A stretch of DNA of 64,000 bases, taken from the NCBI GenBank assembly GCA_951406725.2, contig OX597829.1, positions 31,930,001 to 31,994,000 of the forward strand, written 5' to 3'. Of this stretch, positions 41,991-56,354 are shown piece after piece (position 1 is the stretch's first letter; each line of letters begins with the position of its first letter). Made by a program: the position numbers and the translations under genes. Under the pieces are notes generated by a model. The model did not search any database. It saw only the letters and a program-made list of their open reading frames with translations, and was not told the DNA's origin. The stretch is from Octopus vulgaris (lineage: Eukaryota).

Positions 41991-43004
41991 GATTTTACAA
42001 AGTCATCTAGCATTCAAGTGATGTTACATACACCTGTCTCTAGATATGTATTTATTTTGTTTATGAGAGTTTAAATTATTCTTATGTCCAGACTAGATTT
42101 AAACTGGCCAGATCCAGCCTCTTAAACCTATCTTATGTCATTTTAAAAATAAACAATTGCATCATTGAAATCTCAAAGCTATGAGATAATGCAGAATTAA
42201 TTTGAAACAATGTGAATAAATAACCATTATGTTGTTGCTTAAACCAAGTTCAGTATTGGTTTAGCAGAGAATAAAAATTGCCAGACTGCATATAGTACTG
42301 CATTATTGAAGGTATCTCTATTTTATCCGGATACAATAGATGGATTTAGGTTGCTTTTCCTAGCAGTTCAAGCGATAATGTTGAGGCTCATATGTTTGGC
42401 TGTTACATATTAAATGCAATGTACAACTAACTTGGCAATTAACAAGTATATCTGATATGCAGTCCTGGGAAAAACAAAATAAAACCATATTTCTGTGCTT
42501 TAGTAATTTAAACTTTAAACGATTTTAATACTTTTATCATGAAGAAATTTCGAAAGCGGGATGTGAACATTGAATAGTCTTTAGCCAATATTTATTAAGT
42601 CTTTGTTGAGACAACAGAGCAGTGGATTAGGTGATTATATAATCAATATATATATATTTAAAGCCATTAGGAATAATATATATATAAATAAATATAAACA
42701 TAAAGAATGTAAATGCATTATCTACAATTTATTTTCATCTTACACATGCTTCAAATTGCCTAGCACAATGCAACCACTGCATATTGCAGTTTGCATATTT
42801 AATCAGTCTTTCATTTGATCTGATATACTGTGATTAATACACTGAAAATAATTGATCTACTGTGGATTACAAATTGTACTTGTCACAAATTGCCATAATA
42901 TCAACTGGGCAATTTCATTAGCCAGGTTCTGTATTCACAGAGAGCTTAAATAAGTATCCACCTGCATTTATTTAATCCCTATTCTCCATCCTTACTCAAA
43001 TTCA

Positions 43005-44660
43005 TCTAATCTAATATATAAAATGGAGATGTGTGTGTATTTGCTTTTCACGTGAAAACGGCTTCAGCAATTACTTCCATACTTCTGATGCACGAATAAT
43101 TTGACTTTGGGCATATAGTAGGGTCTTTGTTTGATTTAAAAACAAAAGAAACAAAATATTACTTTATATTTATGATTCACTTCTTTAAAGCGGTTTCTCA
43201 ATGTCAGCTTCCGGTATTGACGTAAAAACAGTGAAATCTCTCACTCTCTATTTTAATGTTTGCTATTTGTAAACAACTGCAATAAATTACTGAAAGAAAT
43301 ATTTATGAAGTTAACAAATTTAGATATTTGGTACAAGATAGTTTTTAACATGCTTTTATTTATACGATTTTTTTTTCATTCTTGTCTCATTCATTGTTTG
43401 CAATGTTTTCTCTCTCTCTCACACACACGTTTTTGTATGTACGTTTGTATACATTTATGCATGTGTGATTCAAGGGGTGTGTTGTCATGTATATGTACAT
43501 AAATAATTACATATGCATACATCTTTTTTCTATGTATGTGCATGTGTGTGAGAGTGAGTGATGTCTAAGTGGCACTCTCTCTTTCTTTCTTGCCTATTTA
43601 TTTATGTATGTATGTATCTATACACACCCCTTCACTTGTTCCTACATACACACACACACACATCCATTTCATCTGATGTTTGATTCTGTATGTACATGTA
43701 TCTGTGTGTGCGTGCAGCATTCCACACCAGAAACAAACATGAATTTGTAACATTGCTTCTCTCCAAGGTGAGGTAACTGAAAAGAATTGCAGTTGCTGTA
43801 CCATTATCTGGCTTTGCTGTCACCATTCTCCCAGGAGGACAAACAGCTCATTCTGCTTTTGAATTACCAGCAGACCTGGTCACAAATGAATTTGTAACAT
43901 ATGCAGATTCAGCTTCACCAGAAGCATTGTGCCAATGCCATCTGATCATTTGGGATGAATGCACCATGCCACATAGAGGTGCAATGGAAGCTCTTGGTAA
44001 GATGTTATAGGACATCAGAGGCAACAATAAATCTATGGGAGGAGTTACATTAGTTTTATCAGGAATGACTGGTAGTGAATGTTATTCCCAGACGAACAAG
44101 ATCTGATGAAATAAAAGCATGCATTAAGTCTTCACACCTATGGAATAAAGTACTGAAATTCTCCTTCAATACTAATGTGTGAGTTTTATTCCATGGGGGC
44201 CAATGTGCAAAACAGTTTTCAACCTGGCTCCTCCAATCAGGAAATGGAGAAAGTACCATTTGATGGGAACAGTGATATCAGTTTGGCTCATATGGCTATC
44301 ATGAGGAATTTCCCAACTGAATTTGAAGAACAGAGTATTGCCAGACTTAAGTAATAATTATAATTCACATAAATGGTTGTGTGGAAGGGTAATTCTTGCT
44401 CCAAAAAATGAGACAGTATCAAGGATTAATCATGAATTAATGAATAAGATTCCATCAGTCATTAGGGAGTCCAAATCAATTGATTCAGTCCTTGATGAAA
44501 ATCAAGTTATCCATTACCCAGCAGAGTTCCTTAATTCTCTTGAGTCACCTGGAACTCCTCCACATAAACTTTTTCTGAAGGTAAGAGTCCCAATAATGCT
44601 TCTGAGAAATTTAGATTCATTCATGATGGTCACATATATGTTGGTGCTCAGGAGATGTTG
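43005..44660 (+). mobile_element. Helitron remnant with a decayed PIF1 helicase, ending ~160 bp before exon 2
   Basis: A|TCTAATCTAATATATAAAA 5' end. GGQTAHSAF, LIIWDECTM, ILAPKN, YPAEFLNSL and PIMLLRNL motifs with stops. Confidence 0.85.
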
Positions 44661-44682
44661 AAACCAAATATAAAGCATCTAA

Positions 44683-45033
<351 letters not shown>

Positions 45034-45042
45034 TAAAATGTG

Positions 45043-45256
45043 TTAACCCTTTAGCATTTAAACTGGCCATATCTGGTCAAAATATATCTATTCTCTGTTC
45101 AGATTGGCCAGATATGGCTTTTCACACCTACCCTTAGGATGATATTCTATAAATATATAACCACATCATTGAAATATTGAAGCTATAAGAAAATACATTA
45201 TTAATTCAAAACAATGTGAATAAATTATGACATTTGACAAAATGTTAAAGGATTAA
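45043..45256. mobile_element. ~210-bp TTAA-flanked MITE (piggyBac-like)
   Basis: ttaaccctttagca...aaaggattaa. Related copies at ~725-945, 42090-42230, 48783-48985, 55639-55858 and 63236-63450. Confidence 0.75.
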
Positions 45257-46863
45257 ATTTTGGAGGCAGTAAAGCAAGATAGAAATGCTAGTGTCACACT
45301 ACACTAAATATCTTGTATCAGCCAAAATGTGGTTGAAGGCAAAATACTTCAGAGGATCACTCTGCACACTCAATAAAAACAAAGTTAGGTCAAATATGTA
45401 ATTTGGTGAGTTGGAAAGCTTCAATCAACCTAGATTATCCAAGCAACGAGAGCATATGAGTACAATATACTTTGCTGAGGAGTTGAATTAGGCTGAAACA
45501 TGCCTGTTCTATCCATTGGCTTTGAAAATATTTGATTCACTAATCAACTGATCTTATCTGCCTTGTTTTAGCATTCTTGAAGGGAGTTTTTGTCCTGATT
45601 GCTTGGAAATATTTCTTTTCAACAAAGTTCTGCAACTCACTGTATTACGTATATGAAACACTGATGTAAATAATGCATTTTTGTGCAGATCCCAACTTGG
45701 TCAATCTAGTTCTTTATCCAGGTGAATAAAACTATATAAAGATAATATGCAACAACTGAGTTAAAGAATTTTAAGATAATTAGATGTAGTTTACACATTT
45801 TAATTAAGTTGCTATACCAAACTAAATAAATGACAAAGCAGCTGTAAATTACAGTACACTACACCTACTCTCCACACTACACCTGCTCTCCTACAAAATT
45901 TAGTCTTACATCTATTCGAAAGAAGTTAATAGAACAGCCCTCTGAACTCATCTAATCTATTCCAGATTTTTTCTCTCTTATTAGGCTGTGGTGGTGTTTA
46001 GCAACCACATTGTTTTGATGACAAAATTCTGAACTTGCAATTAGTATTTGTGAGCCATAGCCACTATTAGATCATGTTTCTTTTTATCTGCATATTTTCT
46101 GGTGTAATAAAGTCAATAAAATTATCATTAATTTGTCAACGTTTGTGGGTGCTGGTGAGCAAAATGTTAATCATTTGGCTTTAGTTGTAGCTGTCCCAGT
46201 TCTTTTAATTGATCTGCAGATCTAGAATTAATTATTGATTTTTATTAATTATTGAGCATGACTTTTTAATGATTTAATTTTTTGCCTGGTATAATGTATC
46301 TTGGAAAATATCCAGTGCAACCTTTTTATTAAGGGAGATTTGGTTACTACTACATTGGCGTTCTTGTTGGTTAGATGGATTTAGCTCCTTTCAACCTTTC
46401 CATAAAACAACTAATAGAATTGTTGTCATTACTTCATTGATGTAATAAATATTTGAGTGAGTTATTCTTCATTTGGCAGCAGAGGAAAAAGGGTCAGTAT
46501 TTCTAATGAACACTTGGGTTTATAGTAAGTTAAAGATAGCATAAGCTCAAGAGTTAAAATTCCGCTTGCTCTGCCCTGAGACAAGAATTGGTTTAATGCT
46601 TACTTCACATTTCAGTGTTTATCATTATGGAGCTCAAATGAATTACGAGGACTTGTACACAGTTGTTTAAACTTCTGAAAGCATTTTCATAGTGGTATGA
46701 CAAATGATTCTACAAGTATCTGAAATATTTTCAGGTAGAAAAAGCAACTAGTTTAGATGGTCTCTTTCACTTGCTCTTTTCATTCGTTTCTCCTTTATTT
46801 CTCTTGTAGCTCCTCTCTCTCTCTCTCAGATACAAAAAAATTTTAATCTACTTATCTCACTAA

Positions 46864-47169
<306 letters not shown>

Positions 47170-47378
47170 TAATTTCATCTTTCTTTTTCTATTTCTTTTA
47201 CTCTTTCTCAACATTTAGCCAAAAGTTTTACTTCACTCAGTTCACTTACTTTCATACTTCATACTTTTGTATTGTAAAATTTTAACCTTTTTTTTATGAC
47301 TGAAAAGAATCTAAGACATTTACTGAAATAGGATTTCTGTTGTTGCTAATTAACAAGAATAATTTCTTTTATATTTAG

Positions 47379-47504
<126 letters not shown>

Positions 47505-47896
47505 TGAGTGGTAGTAGTAATTGCAGCAATAGTCTTGGTGGTCGGCATCTATATTTAATATTCAAAATTTTAATATAGTCTAGGAGGTCTGTACTAAATA
47601 AGAAAAACTAACCTTAAAGGCTTGTTGTCAATCTGACTCATCATTACAGTCGGTCTTTTATGGAAATTTATCCTGTAAAATATTCTGCTGTCTTTATCTG
47701 AGTAATTTCTTCTCAGCTAATGCTTGCAAATGAAGGAACTTGTTGAATCAGTGTATTATTGGCATCTAGTAGTTTTGTTGACTTCCATCTAGAACTTGCA
47801 GGAGCATTACCACTGTGGGTGGAAGGGAGGATATTTTCATGCTGCTTTTGTTGTTGAAAGCAAAATGACTGTGCTATAGACATGTCATGAGGTCTT

Positions 47897-48275
47897 CATC
47901 ATCATCATCATCATCGTTTAATGTCCGCTTTCCATGCTAGCATGGGTTAGACAATTTGGCTGAGGACTGGCGAACCAGATGGCTGCACCAGGTTCCAATC
48001 TTGATCTGGCAGATGCCCTTCCTAATGCCAACCACTCTGAGAGTGTAGTGGGTGCTTTTACGTGCCTCCGGCACAGGCGAGTCAGGCAGTGCTGGCAACG
48101 ACTTTGCTCAAATGGTACCTTTTGCGTGCCACCGGCACAGAAGCCAGTTAGCTGCTGTGGCAACAATCACGCTCGAATGGTGCCTTTTATGCGCCATCAG
48201 CACAGAAGCCAGTTACCTGCTCAGACAATGATCACGCTCTGATGGTGCTCTTAGTGCCCCACTAGCACAGATGCT
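47897..48275 (-). mobile_element. RTE-tail-related repeat in intron 4
   Basis: (cat)n cgtttaatgtccgctttccatgc, shared with ~38240. Confidence 0.7.
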
Positions 48276-49099
48276 AAAAATTCACTGAAAGTACCTCATT
48301 GGTTATTTGAGTATTTGAGAAGCATATTCCATTCTATTATTGTTGTTTAACTACAGGTTAGCCTTGCTCTCTCAGACCAATGATCAAAAGTATTTCAGTC
48401 ACGCCTTCCATCATGTCTTTTTTCCTATGTGTTGTGACAAAGTGGTATGATAGGGTATTAGCTGCTATATCTTGCAAGTAGAATCTCTTGTTAGCTTGTC
48501 TTGACCTATCTAGATTGCAGATTTAATCTGAGAAACATTTTGAAACTGCTGCTAGTGTTTGCATCTTCAGATTTATTGCAATTATTTCTGCAAGGAATTA
48601 TTATAGTAAATCAAGTACCTGATTTCTGTAATGGTCATACTGTGGTTAAACAGTTAATAATCTCTGCTGCTGCTGTTTCTAATAGGAATCCAAACACATT
48701 AAATTTGCAGTGTCCTCTGAGCAAGAACTCCACTGTTAATCTCATTTTTCATCTTTAAAACGCTAAGATAATGTTTGCGTTATTTAACTCTTTAGCATTC
48801 AGATTGGTCTGTCTAATGATACTAATTTATTCATATTGTTTGGAATTACTAATGCATTATCTTTTTGCATTGAGAGTTCGATGATGTGCTCGTTTATTTT
48901 TGTATGATATCATAGGGTAGGTGTGAGAGCCTGAACATAAAACAGGTAATATGTGGGCCACATCTGGCCAGTTTAAAGGTTAACATAAGAATTGGTCTTC
49001 TGCATGTTTGAAGACCTGTTGAATAAAGCAATCCCTTTGAGGGGGGCAAAAAAACGTATTTGCCAGATATGAATGGTTTAAATGCTGAAGAGTTAGGTA

Positions 49100-49327
49100 T
49101 CTTATTTCTTTACTGCCCACAAGGGGCTACACACAGAGGGAACAAACAAACGGATTAAGCCGATTGTATCATACCCCAGTGCATAACTGTTACTTATTTA
49201 ATCGACTCTGAAAGGATGAAAGGCAAAGTTGACCTCGGCGGAATTTGAACTCAGAATGTAGCGGCAGATGAAATAACGCTAAGCATTTCGCCCTGCGTGC
49301 TAGCGATTCAGCCAGCTTGCCGCCTTA
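49100..49327 (-). mobile_element. SINE family B monomer in intron 4
   Basis: Homologous to 28722-28956. Confidence 0.85.
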
Positions 49328-50446
49328 AAAGAGTTAGGCATCTGTTTGGCAAACTGAGGCAAGTAATATAATGTTATTTCCTTGGGAATGCATTAGAAAT
49401 GAAAGTAGTACTGTTTTGAACTTCTGACCATGTGGTTTAATTGGGTTGAGTCACTGAATAAAGCATGTAACAATGATTATCTGACAATATTTAAAAAAAA
49501 AATCTCCTCCCACAATTAAACCTTATCATCATCATCATCATTTAACATCTGTTTTCCATGCGGGCATGGGTTGGACAGTTTAGCTGAAAACTAATAAGCC
49601 AGAACTGCACCAGGTCCGAATCTGATTTTGCATGATTTCTGTGGTTGGATGCCCTTACTAATGCCAATCATTCCAAGAATGTAGTGGGTGCTTTTTACAT
49701 GACACCAGCATCAGTTGTGACTACCATCTCACTTGGCTTGACAGGTCTTCACAAGCATGGTGTATCACCAAAGGTCTTGGTCACCTGTCACTGTCTCCAT
49801 GAGGCCAGAGCTTTTTACATGCCATCAGCATGGGTACCAGTCAAACAACACTGGCATCAGCTACAACTACAATTTCATTTGGCTTGACTGATCTTATCAA
49901 GTATAGCAATGGCAAGAGACCGAGACCTCTGTAGATATGCTGTGATTGAGAAGACCCGCTAAGAAAAGTTAGATCACAGCCATGGCCTATACCAGTGTTG
50001 CGTAACCAAACCATTTAAAAAGTACCTTTGAATTGTTGGGTGACACGCCATGCTCAAGGAGAGCTTTTGATTCAAGTAAAATCAAAATCACAATAAGAGT
50101 CTCAATCAAATTGAAATCAAAATGGAAATTGTAGTTGTGGCCGATATCAGTGTCGCCTGACTGGCTTCTGTGCTGGTGGCACATAAAAGGCACCATCTGA
50201 ATGTGGTTTTATGTTGTCAGTGTGTTCAACATTGCTTTTTGTATTTTTCAAGGTTGATAAAATAAGTAGCAGTCAAACACTGGGGTTGATGTAATCAACT
50301 AACACCCTTCCCTCTGAAATTGATAGCTTGGTGCCAAAATTTGAAACTATTAAGTATCTATGTAAGCATTAGCCATGTTCTTTAAATGATAATCATAGTA
50401 TTATTATTGATTAAAATTTTTTTTTTTTTTTTTTTACTGCTACCAG

Positions 50447-50620
50447 TGTTACATCCATAGCTGATTGGTTGAATGTTGATTTTGCCCTGATTCATAAAGA
50501 AAGGAAAAAAGCTAATGAAGTTGCTTCAATGGTTCTTGTTGGAGATGTCAAAGACAAAATTGCTATTTTGGTAGACGACATGGCAGACACTTGTGGCACT
50601 ATTTGTCATGCTGCTGGAAA
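50447..50620 (+). CDS. PRPS1: PRPS coding exon 5 ([58 protein letters not shown])
   Basis: poly-T...taccag| acceptor and AA|gtaagt donor. 174 nt; catalytic-loop HKER and PRPP-binding [10 protein letters not shown] motifs. Confidence 0.98.
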
Positions 50621-51070
50621 GTAAGTGTTTTTCAATATTTGCAATGCTGTTTGTATAATTTTTTTAAACCTTACACTCTTTTCATCTTGCTTCTCTCAAA
50701 TTTATATCACTGGAGTTCAAGGTGCAGTGGTTGTGTGGTTAAGAAGCTTGTTTTCCAATCCATGCAGTCTTGGGTTCAGTTCCCACTGTGCAGCACTTTG
50801 AGCAAGTGTTTTCTGTAGCAACTATATCCCCAAGCCAGTCAATGTGGTAATCCAATCCCAAACCTTGGTGAACAAAAGAAAGAAATGTTGAATTTTGGGA
50901 GGAGTTCTGTACTCTGTTAAATTTTGCTTTATTCATATTTTTGTGCATGATCAAGTTTGAATTTTTTCAATATTTTAAAGTGATTGGGGAAGTACTTTTC
51001 AAAACCTCTTTGGTTTTCTTTTTCGATAGGTTGTGACACTTGGAATCAATTTGCCCTATGTTTTTTTCAG

Positions 51071-51230
51071 GTTGCTTGAAGCTGGCGCAGTTAAGGTGTA
51101 TGCTATTTGCACTCATGGTATTTTCTCTGGCCCAGCCATTTCAAGAATTAACAGTTCTCAGTTTGAGGCAGTTGTGGTTACTAACACAATACCACAAGAT
51201 GAAAGGATGAAACAAGCACCAAAAATTCAG
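51071..51230 (+). CDS. PRPS1: PRPS coding exon 6 ([26 protein letters not shown]...[20 protein letters not shown])
   Basis: ttttcag| acceptor and CAG|gtagga donor. 160 nt; THG and TNTIP motifs. Confidence 0.98.
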
Positions 51231-51876
51231 GTAGGATCTGCAGTTAAGATTTTAAATTCTCAAGCAAATTTTGTTTCTTGCTTTTCAATGTTTTTTTAAA
51301 TTTATTTTTACTTTACAGTTAAATGTGCTATATATGTTTCTCTGTAATTGTGAAAATGTCTTATCTTTACATTTCATTAATCATTTAATTTTTATTTAAA
51401 CCCTTTATTCGTTTTTTTTTTTTAAACTTCGGTAATGAATGAGTCACTTTAGTTTCACAACCCTCCCCTCATCTTTAATATGAATCTATTACATATTGAT
51501 CTATATGTAACACATTATACAAATTGCTTCTCGTGTATTCTACTATGCTGTCATTTTCTCCATCTGGTATTAAGTTTGATACCAACATCTTAACATTCAT
51601 TCATCCATTCATTCAACTTTGTTCACTTATTGATGGTTTTCTCTTTCCATTACTCTTACATCCCAACTTTTCTAAGAAATGTGATAGATTAAAAGATGTT
51701 TAGACTTCATAATAGGTAAAAATAATAAACTAGTTTCCTGTCTTGTTCATTCTATTGGCTGACCATTTAGATTTTCATCAGAATGATCTGTTATTGAAAT
51801 GACCTCTCCAGTGGCTAGCTTCCTAACACACAAAATTCTTTGATACTCTTCTTTTTTTTCTCTTTCCCTTTTTCAG

Positions 51877-51969
51877 TGTATTGATATATCGATGATTTTA
51901 GCTGAGGCTGTACGGCGTACTCACAACGGAGAGTCTGTATCTTACCTGTTTTCCAATGTGCCAATGTAG
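51877..51969 (+). CDS. PRPS1: PRPS terminal exon 7a, proximal ([30 protein letters not shown])
   Basis: Long pyrimidine tract plus tttcag| acceptor. Phase 0, 93 nt including TAG. Completes a 957-nt, 318-aa CDS. Confidence 0.95.
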   Translation, partial: CIDISMILAEAVRRTHNGESVSYLFSNVPM

Positions 51970-52204
51970 ATGCTGTTGCCAGTTGATTGACACTTTTATA
52001 ATGCAGGTTCTTATAAAAGAAACAAAGAATATCTTCAAAGAAAACATGCATGGTTATTTTGTTTGAAATATATTATTTGCATGTTATTTGTGAAAATGAA
52101 TTATGCACTTAACTAAAAATGATGCTTTAGCTAAATATTTTAGCTTTTTCTTCATAATTTCAGATTAAAACTGCTAAAGACTTTATGGGGTGGGAATTTT
52201 TTTA

Positions 52205-52210
52205 AATAAA
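52205..52210 (+). terminator. Candidate polyadenylation signal for the exon-7a isoform
   Basis: AATAAA followed by a GT/T-rich tract (gggttttgttttc). Further AATAAA at 53166 and 53824 lie in a ~2.2 kb stretch with no transposon I recognised. Confidence 0.4.
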
Positions 52211-54292
52211 ATTTACAAAAATTGGGTTTTGTTTTCACTCCTTTTCTCTCAATATTATTTGTGTGGTTGACTCTGTCTTGATAAAGTCATTGTAAGATTA
52301 TGGTCCATAATTTTAGTGAATATGATTAGCTTAATTTTTCTTTTCATTCACAAGATTAAAATTTTTTTTTTCCTATTCTTGACAGAGAAGCATGTGCATG
52401 CCATTATTCTTAGAATCTTCCTACTCTTGATTTTCTTTGTTAGGCTGCTGTTGCTTTCTTTTCCTCTTGATGAATTCATTACCTTTTCTTTTAATGAAAT
52501 CATTACCTTCTCTAATTGGATATCAAGGTAAAATATTGCTTCAGTGCTCAGATCTCTTAATTTCTGGATAGAAAACCCAAGTATATGTAATTATTTTCTA
52601 TTCATTTCAAGTAGTTTTTAGTGCTTTTTTAGATTTAATTTTCAATCAATTTTTCCAGAGTCTCCTTCAGAATGTTTTATTAAATTCTTGTAATGCAGCA
52701 TCTGCCATTTATGAAAAACAAAATTGGCTATTTTGGAATGTTTCTAAATGAAATTTCAGGCACTTAACATTATTTCTGATCATTATATGGCACAATTTAT
52801 TCAAATCTCTCATTGTTTGCTTCAGTTTTAAATATCAAAACTTTTGTTAATTCTGTCTTATTCTTGGAATATTTTGAGCATTATGCAAAATATTAGAATT
52901 AGAGCAAAACAGGATACTTTTTCTTATTTTATTTTCTCTTGTATTTTTGCTAGTTTTTCCTTCATTTTCTTTTTCCTCTTTCTTTTCAATGCTTTTGTTT
53001 ATCAAAGCAATAGTAAATCTGAGAAGTTTCTTTTTCACATTTGGTCTGTGGGTGTGTATTTATTATTATTGGAAATGCTGCTTCTGCTTCTTTTTTCTTT
53101 CTTGATATAAATTCCAAGAAGCTGTTAGGCTTCTTTAGAGTGCTAGTCAATTGTTGCTCTTTGAAAATAAATGACCCTCATATATATTCATACATATCTA
53201 TTAAATATGCATTTTCTATCCCATCCATGTTTATAAATTGGGCAATATTTGATTGGTAATATTTCTTTGTAGACATGAGCATTAAAAGCCTCTTATCTCT
53301 TTAAATTGTGGTAAAAAGGTGATTTTTTTTAAAGAATTTTTTTATTATTTTGTTTGAAATTTCATTTCACCAATATCTCAATATTCTCTTTCTTTGGGCT
53401 AAGTAATAGGGTCAATCTTGACTAGTTTTATTTTAGGATTTTTGTCTATATAAATCTTTCTTGATCCTCTTAGAAACTAGAGATTCTGATATAAAGCAGT
53501 TAGTCTATAAAAAGAATCATAATATAACAATTGCATGAATCTGGATGAAATTGTTGAAACGACAGAATGATCGTTGGTGTACATTGTGACTGGCTTTTAT
53601 TTATGTCCTTTCATCTGCCAAGGTAGATTGAATACAGTTAGATTGATTACACAAGTGTTTCCACTTATATTTACAAGATATCAATTCCTGGGCATTGATT
53701 TCCTAATTATTAATAAGTAATAAATAATGACTCTGAATTCTAATTTACATCCTAAAGTATTAGATACCTTTTAACTTAAAGATTAGAGGGAGAAAATGGT
53801 CAGAGAAATTTATTTGATAAAACAATAAATAAACAAACATGGTGCAAGTGGAAAGTTCTTTCTAAAATAAGGTTAAGTTTTGTTACTTGCACAGAAGAGT
53901 TCTTAGATCCAGTTTTTGACACACTGAAGTAACTGCTATTTAAGCTGCAGTTTTGTCTCGGTTAAGATTTCTGCAATATAGAACTTTATGGGTCATTGAC
54001 TACTTTTATGTGTTTGGTTTATGGATATCTTTAAAATGACTTTACAAAACAACTAGATATCTGGATATGACAAGTTAGCCCTCAACTGTGTATGAGCTAA
54101 TTTTATCTATCTAGAAACCAGAATCTGTGTCATCTCTGCTAAAATTGTCTTTGTACATGTTAACTATGCACACTCGCTGTCACTGATTTTATTGTGTGTG
54201 TTTGTGTTTACAGGGTGATTGAAAAGTAACACCCTATTTTAAAATATTTATAAATTATTTATCAATTGTAATTTTTACAAAAAAAATAGATA

Positions 54293-54670
54293 GGCGCAGG
54301 AGTGGCTGTGTGGTAAGTAGCTTGCTTATGAACCACATGGTTCCGGGTTCAGTCCCACTGCGTGGCACCTTGGGCAAGTTTCTTCTACTATAGCCTCAGG
54401 CTGACCAAAGCCTTGTGAGTGGATTTGGTAGATGGAAACCTAAAGAAGCCCGTCGTATATGTATGTTTGTGTGTCTGTGTTTGTCCCCCTAGCATTGCTT
54501 GACAACCAATGCTGGTGTGTTTATGTCCCCGATACTTAGCGGTTCGGCAAAAGAGACCGATAGAATAAGTACTGAGGCTTACAAAGAATAAGTCCCGGGG
54601 TCGAGTTGCTCGATTAAAGGTGGTGCTCCAGCATGGCCGCAGTCAAATGACTGAAACAAGTAAAAAGAGT
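54293..54670 (+). mobile_element. Full-length SINE family A
   Basis: Pol III A box TGGCTGTGTGG and B box GGTTCAGTCCC, then accttgggcaagt; AAAAGAGT tail. Confidence 0.9.
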
Positions 54671-55248
54671 ATATGAGAAGAAAGCTTTTCATATGAGGTT
54701 TTATTTAAAATTTGACATGGGCTCCAGATGTTGCACCAGCTTCTTGAGTTGACCAGAAATTGTGCCAGCTAATTTCACCAGGAACTCTTGTGGGATGACA
54801 GACATAACTAATCGTATTTGCCCTTCAAGTTCTTCTAAAGTCTTTGCTTTGGTACAGTAGACTTGTTCCTTTTAACCAACGCCAAAGAAAGGATTGACAG
54901 GATATTAAGTCAGGACTCCTGTCTAGCCACTCATTTAGACCACGATGACCCATCTATCTCTCAGGGAAGTGGGCTTTCAGCCATTCACTAACAAGAACAA
55001 AATGTGGAAGGGGTACCGTCTTGCATAAAAATCAAATCTTCAATATTCCCCCAAGCACTGATAGTTGGCCAGATCTCATCTTGCAGCATAATGAGGTACC
55101 CTTCAGCATTCATGGTATTGTGAAATCCTGTCCAAAGTCATCCCACACCATTACTTAGGGTGAATTCTGCATTTTGTCAAAGATAACAAGATCCTTGCCT
55201 GCCCAACAATAGCAGTTGTGATTGTTCATGAAATCATCAGTCTAAAGT

Positions 55249-55520
55249 AGTGGTTCCCGAAGTGGGCAGCATTGCTCCCTTGGGGACGGTGGAAAGCTCC
55301 AAGCGGGTGTTGAAGAAAAGTGGGACAATAATGGAGTAGCAATTCATGTAGAAACAACAAAATAATGGGTTCATTAGGTTAAGGTTTATTTGTTAAATAC
55401 AGTTGCTTTGAATTTGCTTCAGAAACAGGTCTATGTTTGATGGTTAGTTGGCTTGGAGGTGCTAGGAATGCGACCTGGGTGTTAAGGAGGCACCAACCCC
55501 AAAAAGTTTGGGAACCACTG
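55249..55520. mobile_element. hAT-type MITE
   Basis: tAGTGGTTCCCgAAgT ... AAGTTTGGGAACCACTG inverted ends. Confidence 0.7.
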
Positions 55521-56354
55521 AGCTAGAGGATATTTTTAAAGAGATGATGCCAATTTTCATACAAAGCCAGCATAGTCTCCCCAAACTCCATGCAAATGTT
55601 GCAGTCTTCAGCTGAGAGTGATTGGCAGTAGTGTGGCTTTAACCCTTTAGCAATTAAACCGGCCAGAAGTATTCTGCCTGTTTTATGTTCAAACTGGCCA
55701 GATCTGGTCTCTCACATTAACCCTACAATATCATTTTAAAAATTAACAGCTACCTCATCATAATCTCATAGCTACAAGATAATGCTTGATTAGTTCAAAA
55801 CAATGTGGATAAAAAAGGGATTAATTTTGGCAGAATAATGTGAACACTAAAGGGTTAAAGCATGCCATTTAGGCTTCTTCTTGAGCACAGTTCGTATTGT
55901 GTGAAAGGAGAGCCCCCCTTTCCCTTGCTGTTTGTTGAATTGACTTTCCTGGGCTGCGTATAAGCATTTCTTGAACTGCTTGTACTGTCTCTAGGTCATT
56001 GGACTTGGAAGGGTAACTGTTTCTTCAAGTATAAGCTACAGACTCTGTAGCCATGAGTTTTGCGGGACAATTCTTGATCATCTTTGTGTTAACTTGGGCA
56101 TGTATTCCTCTAGTGGTCTTCCACCATCTTTGCACAACAGGTTTCCAAACTTCGTAACATGCCACTAGCTGAGCATGCTTCTGCAGGGTAAGTTATTTAG
56201 CGATGTTTGTAAAGCTCAATAAATTTCAAACAGAGTAATGAATCTGGTATAAATATATCACAGATTAAATTCTCATACTTTAAAAAAAAAAAAAATTTAC
56301 AATTAATAAATAATTTATAAGTATTATAATATGGGGGGTTACTTTTCAATCACC

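Noticed and set aside
44323-44661. Host PIF1 helicase gene nested in PRPS
   Set aside because: Upstream motifs carry stops and frameshifts, and a Helitron-type 5' end is present.
54293-54365. tRNA gene
   Set aside because: The A and B boxes continue into a multi-copy SINE body, so this is a SINE head.
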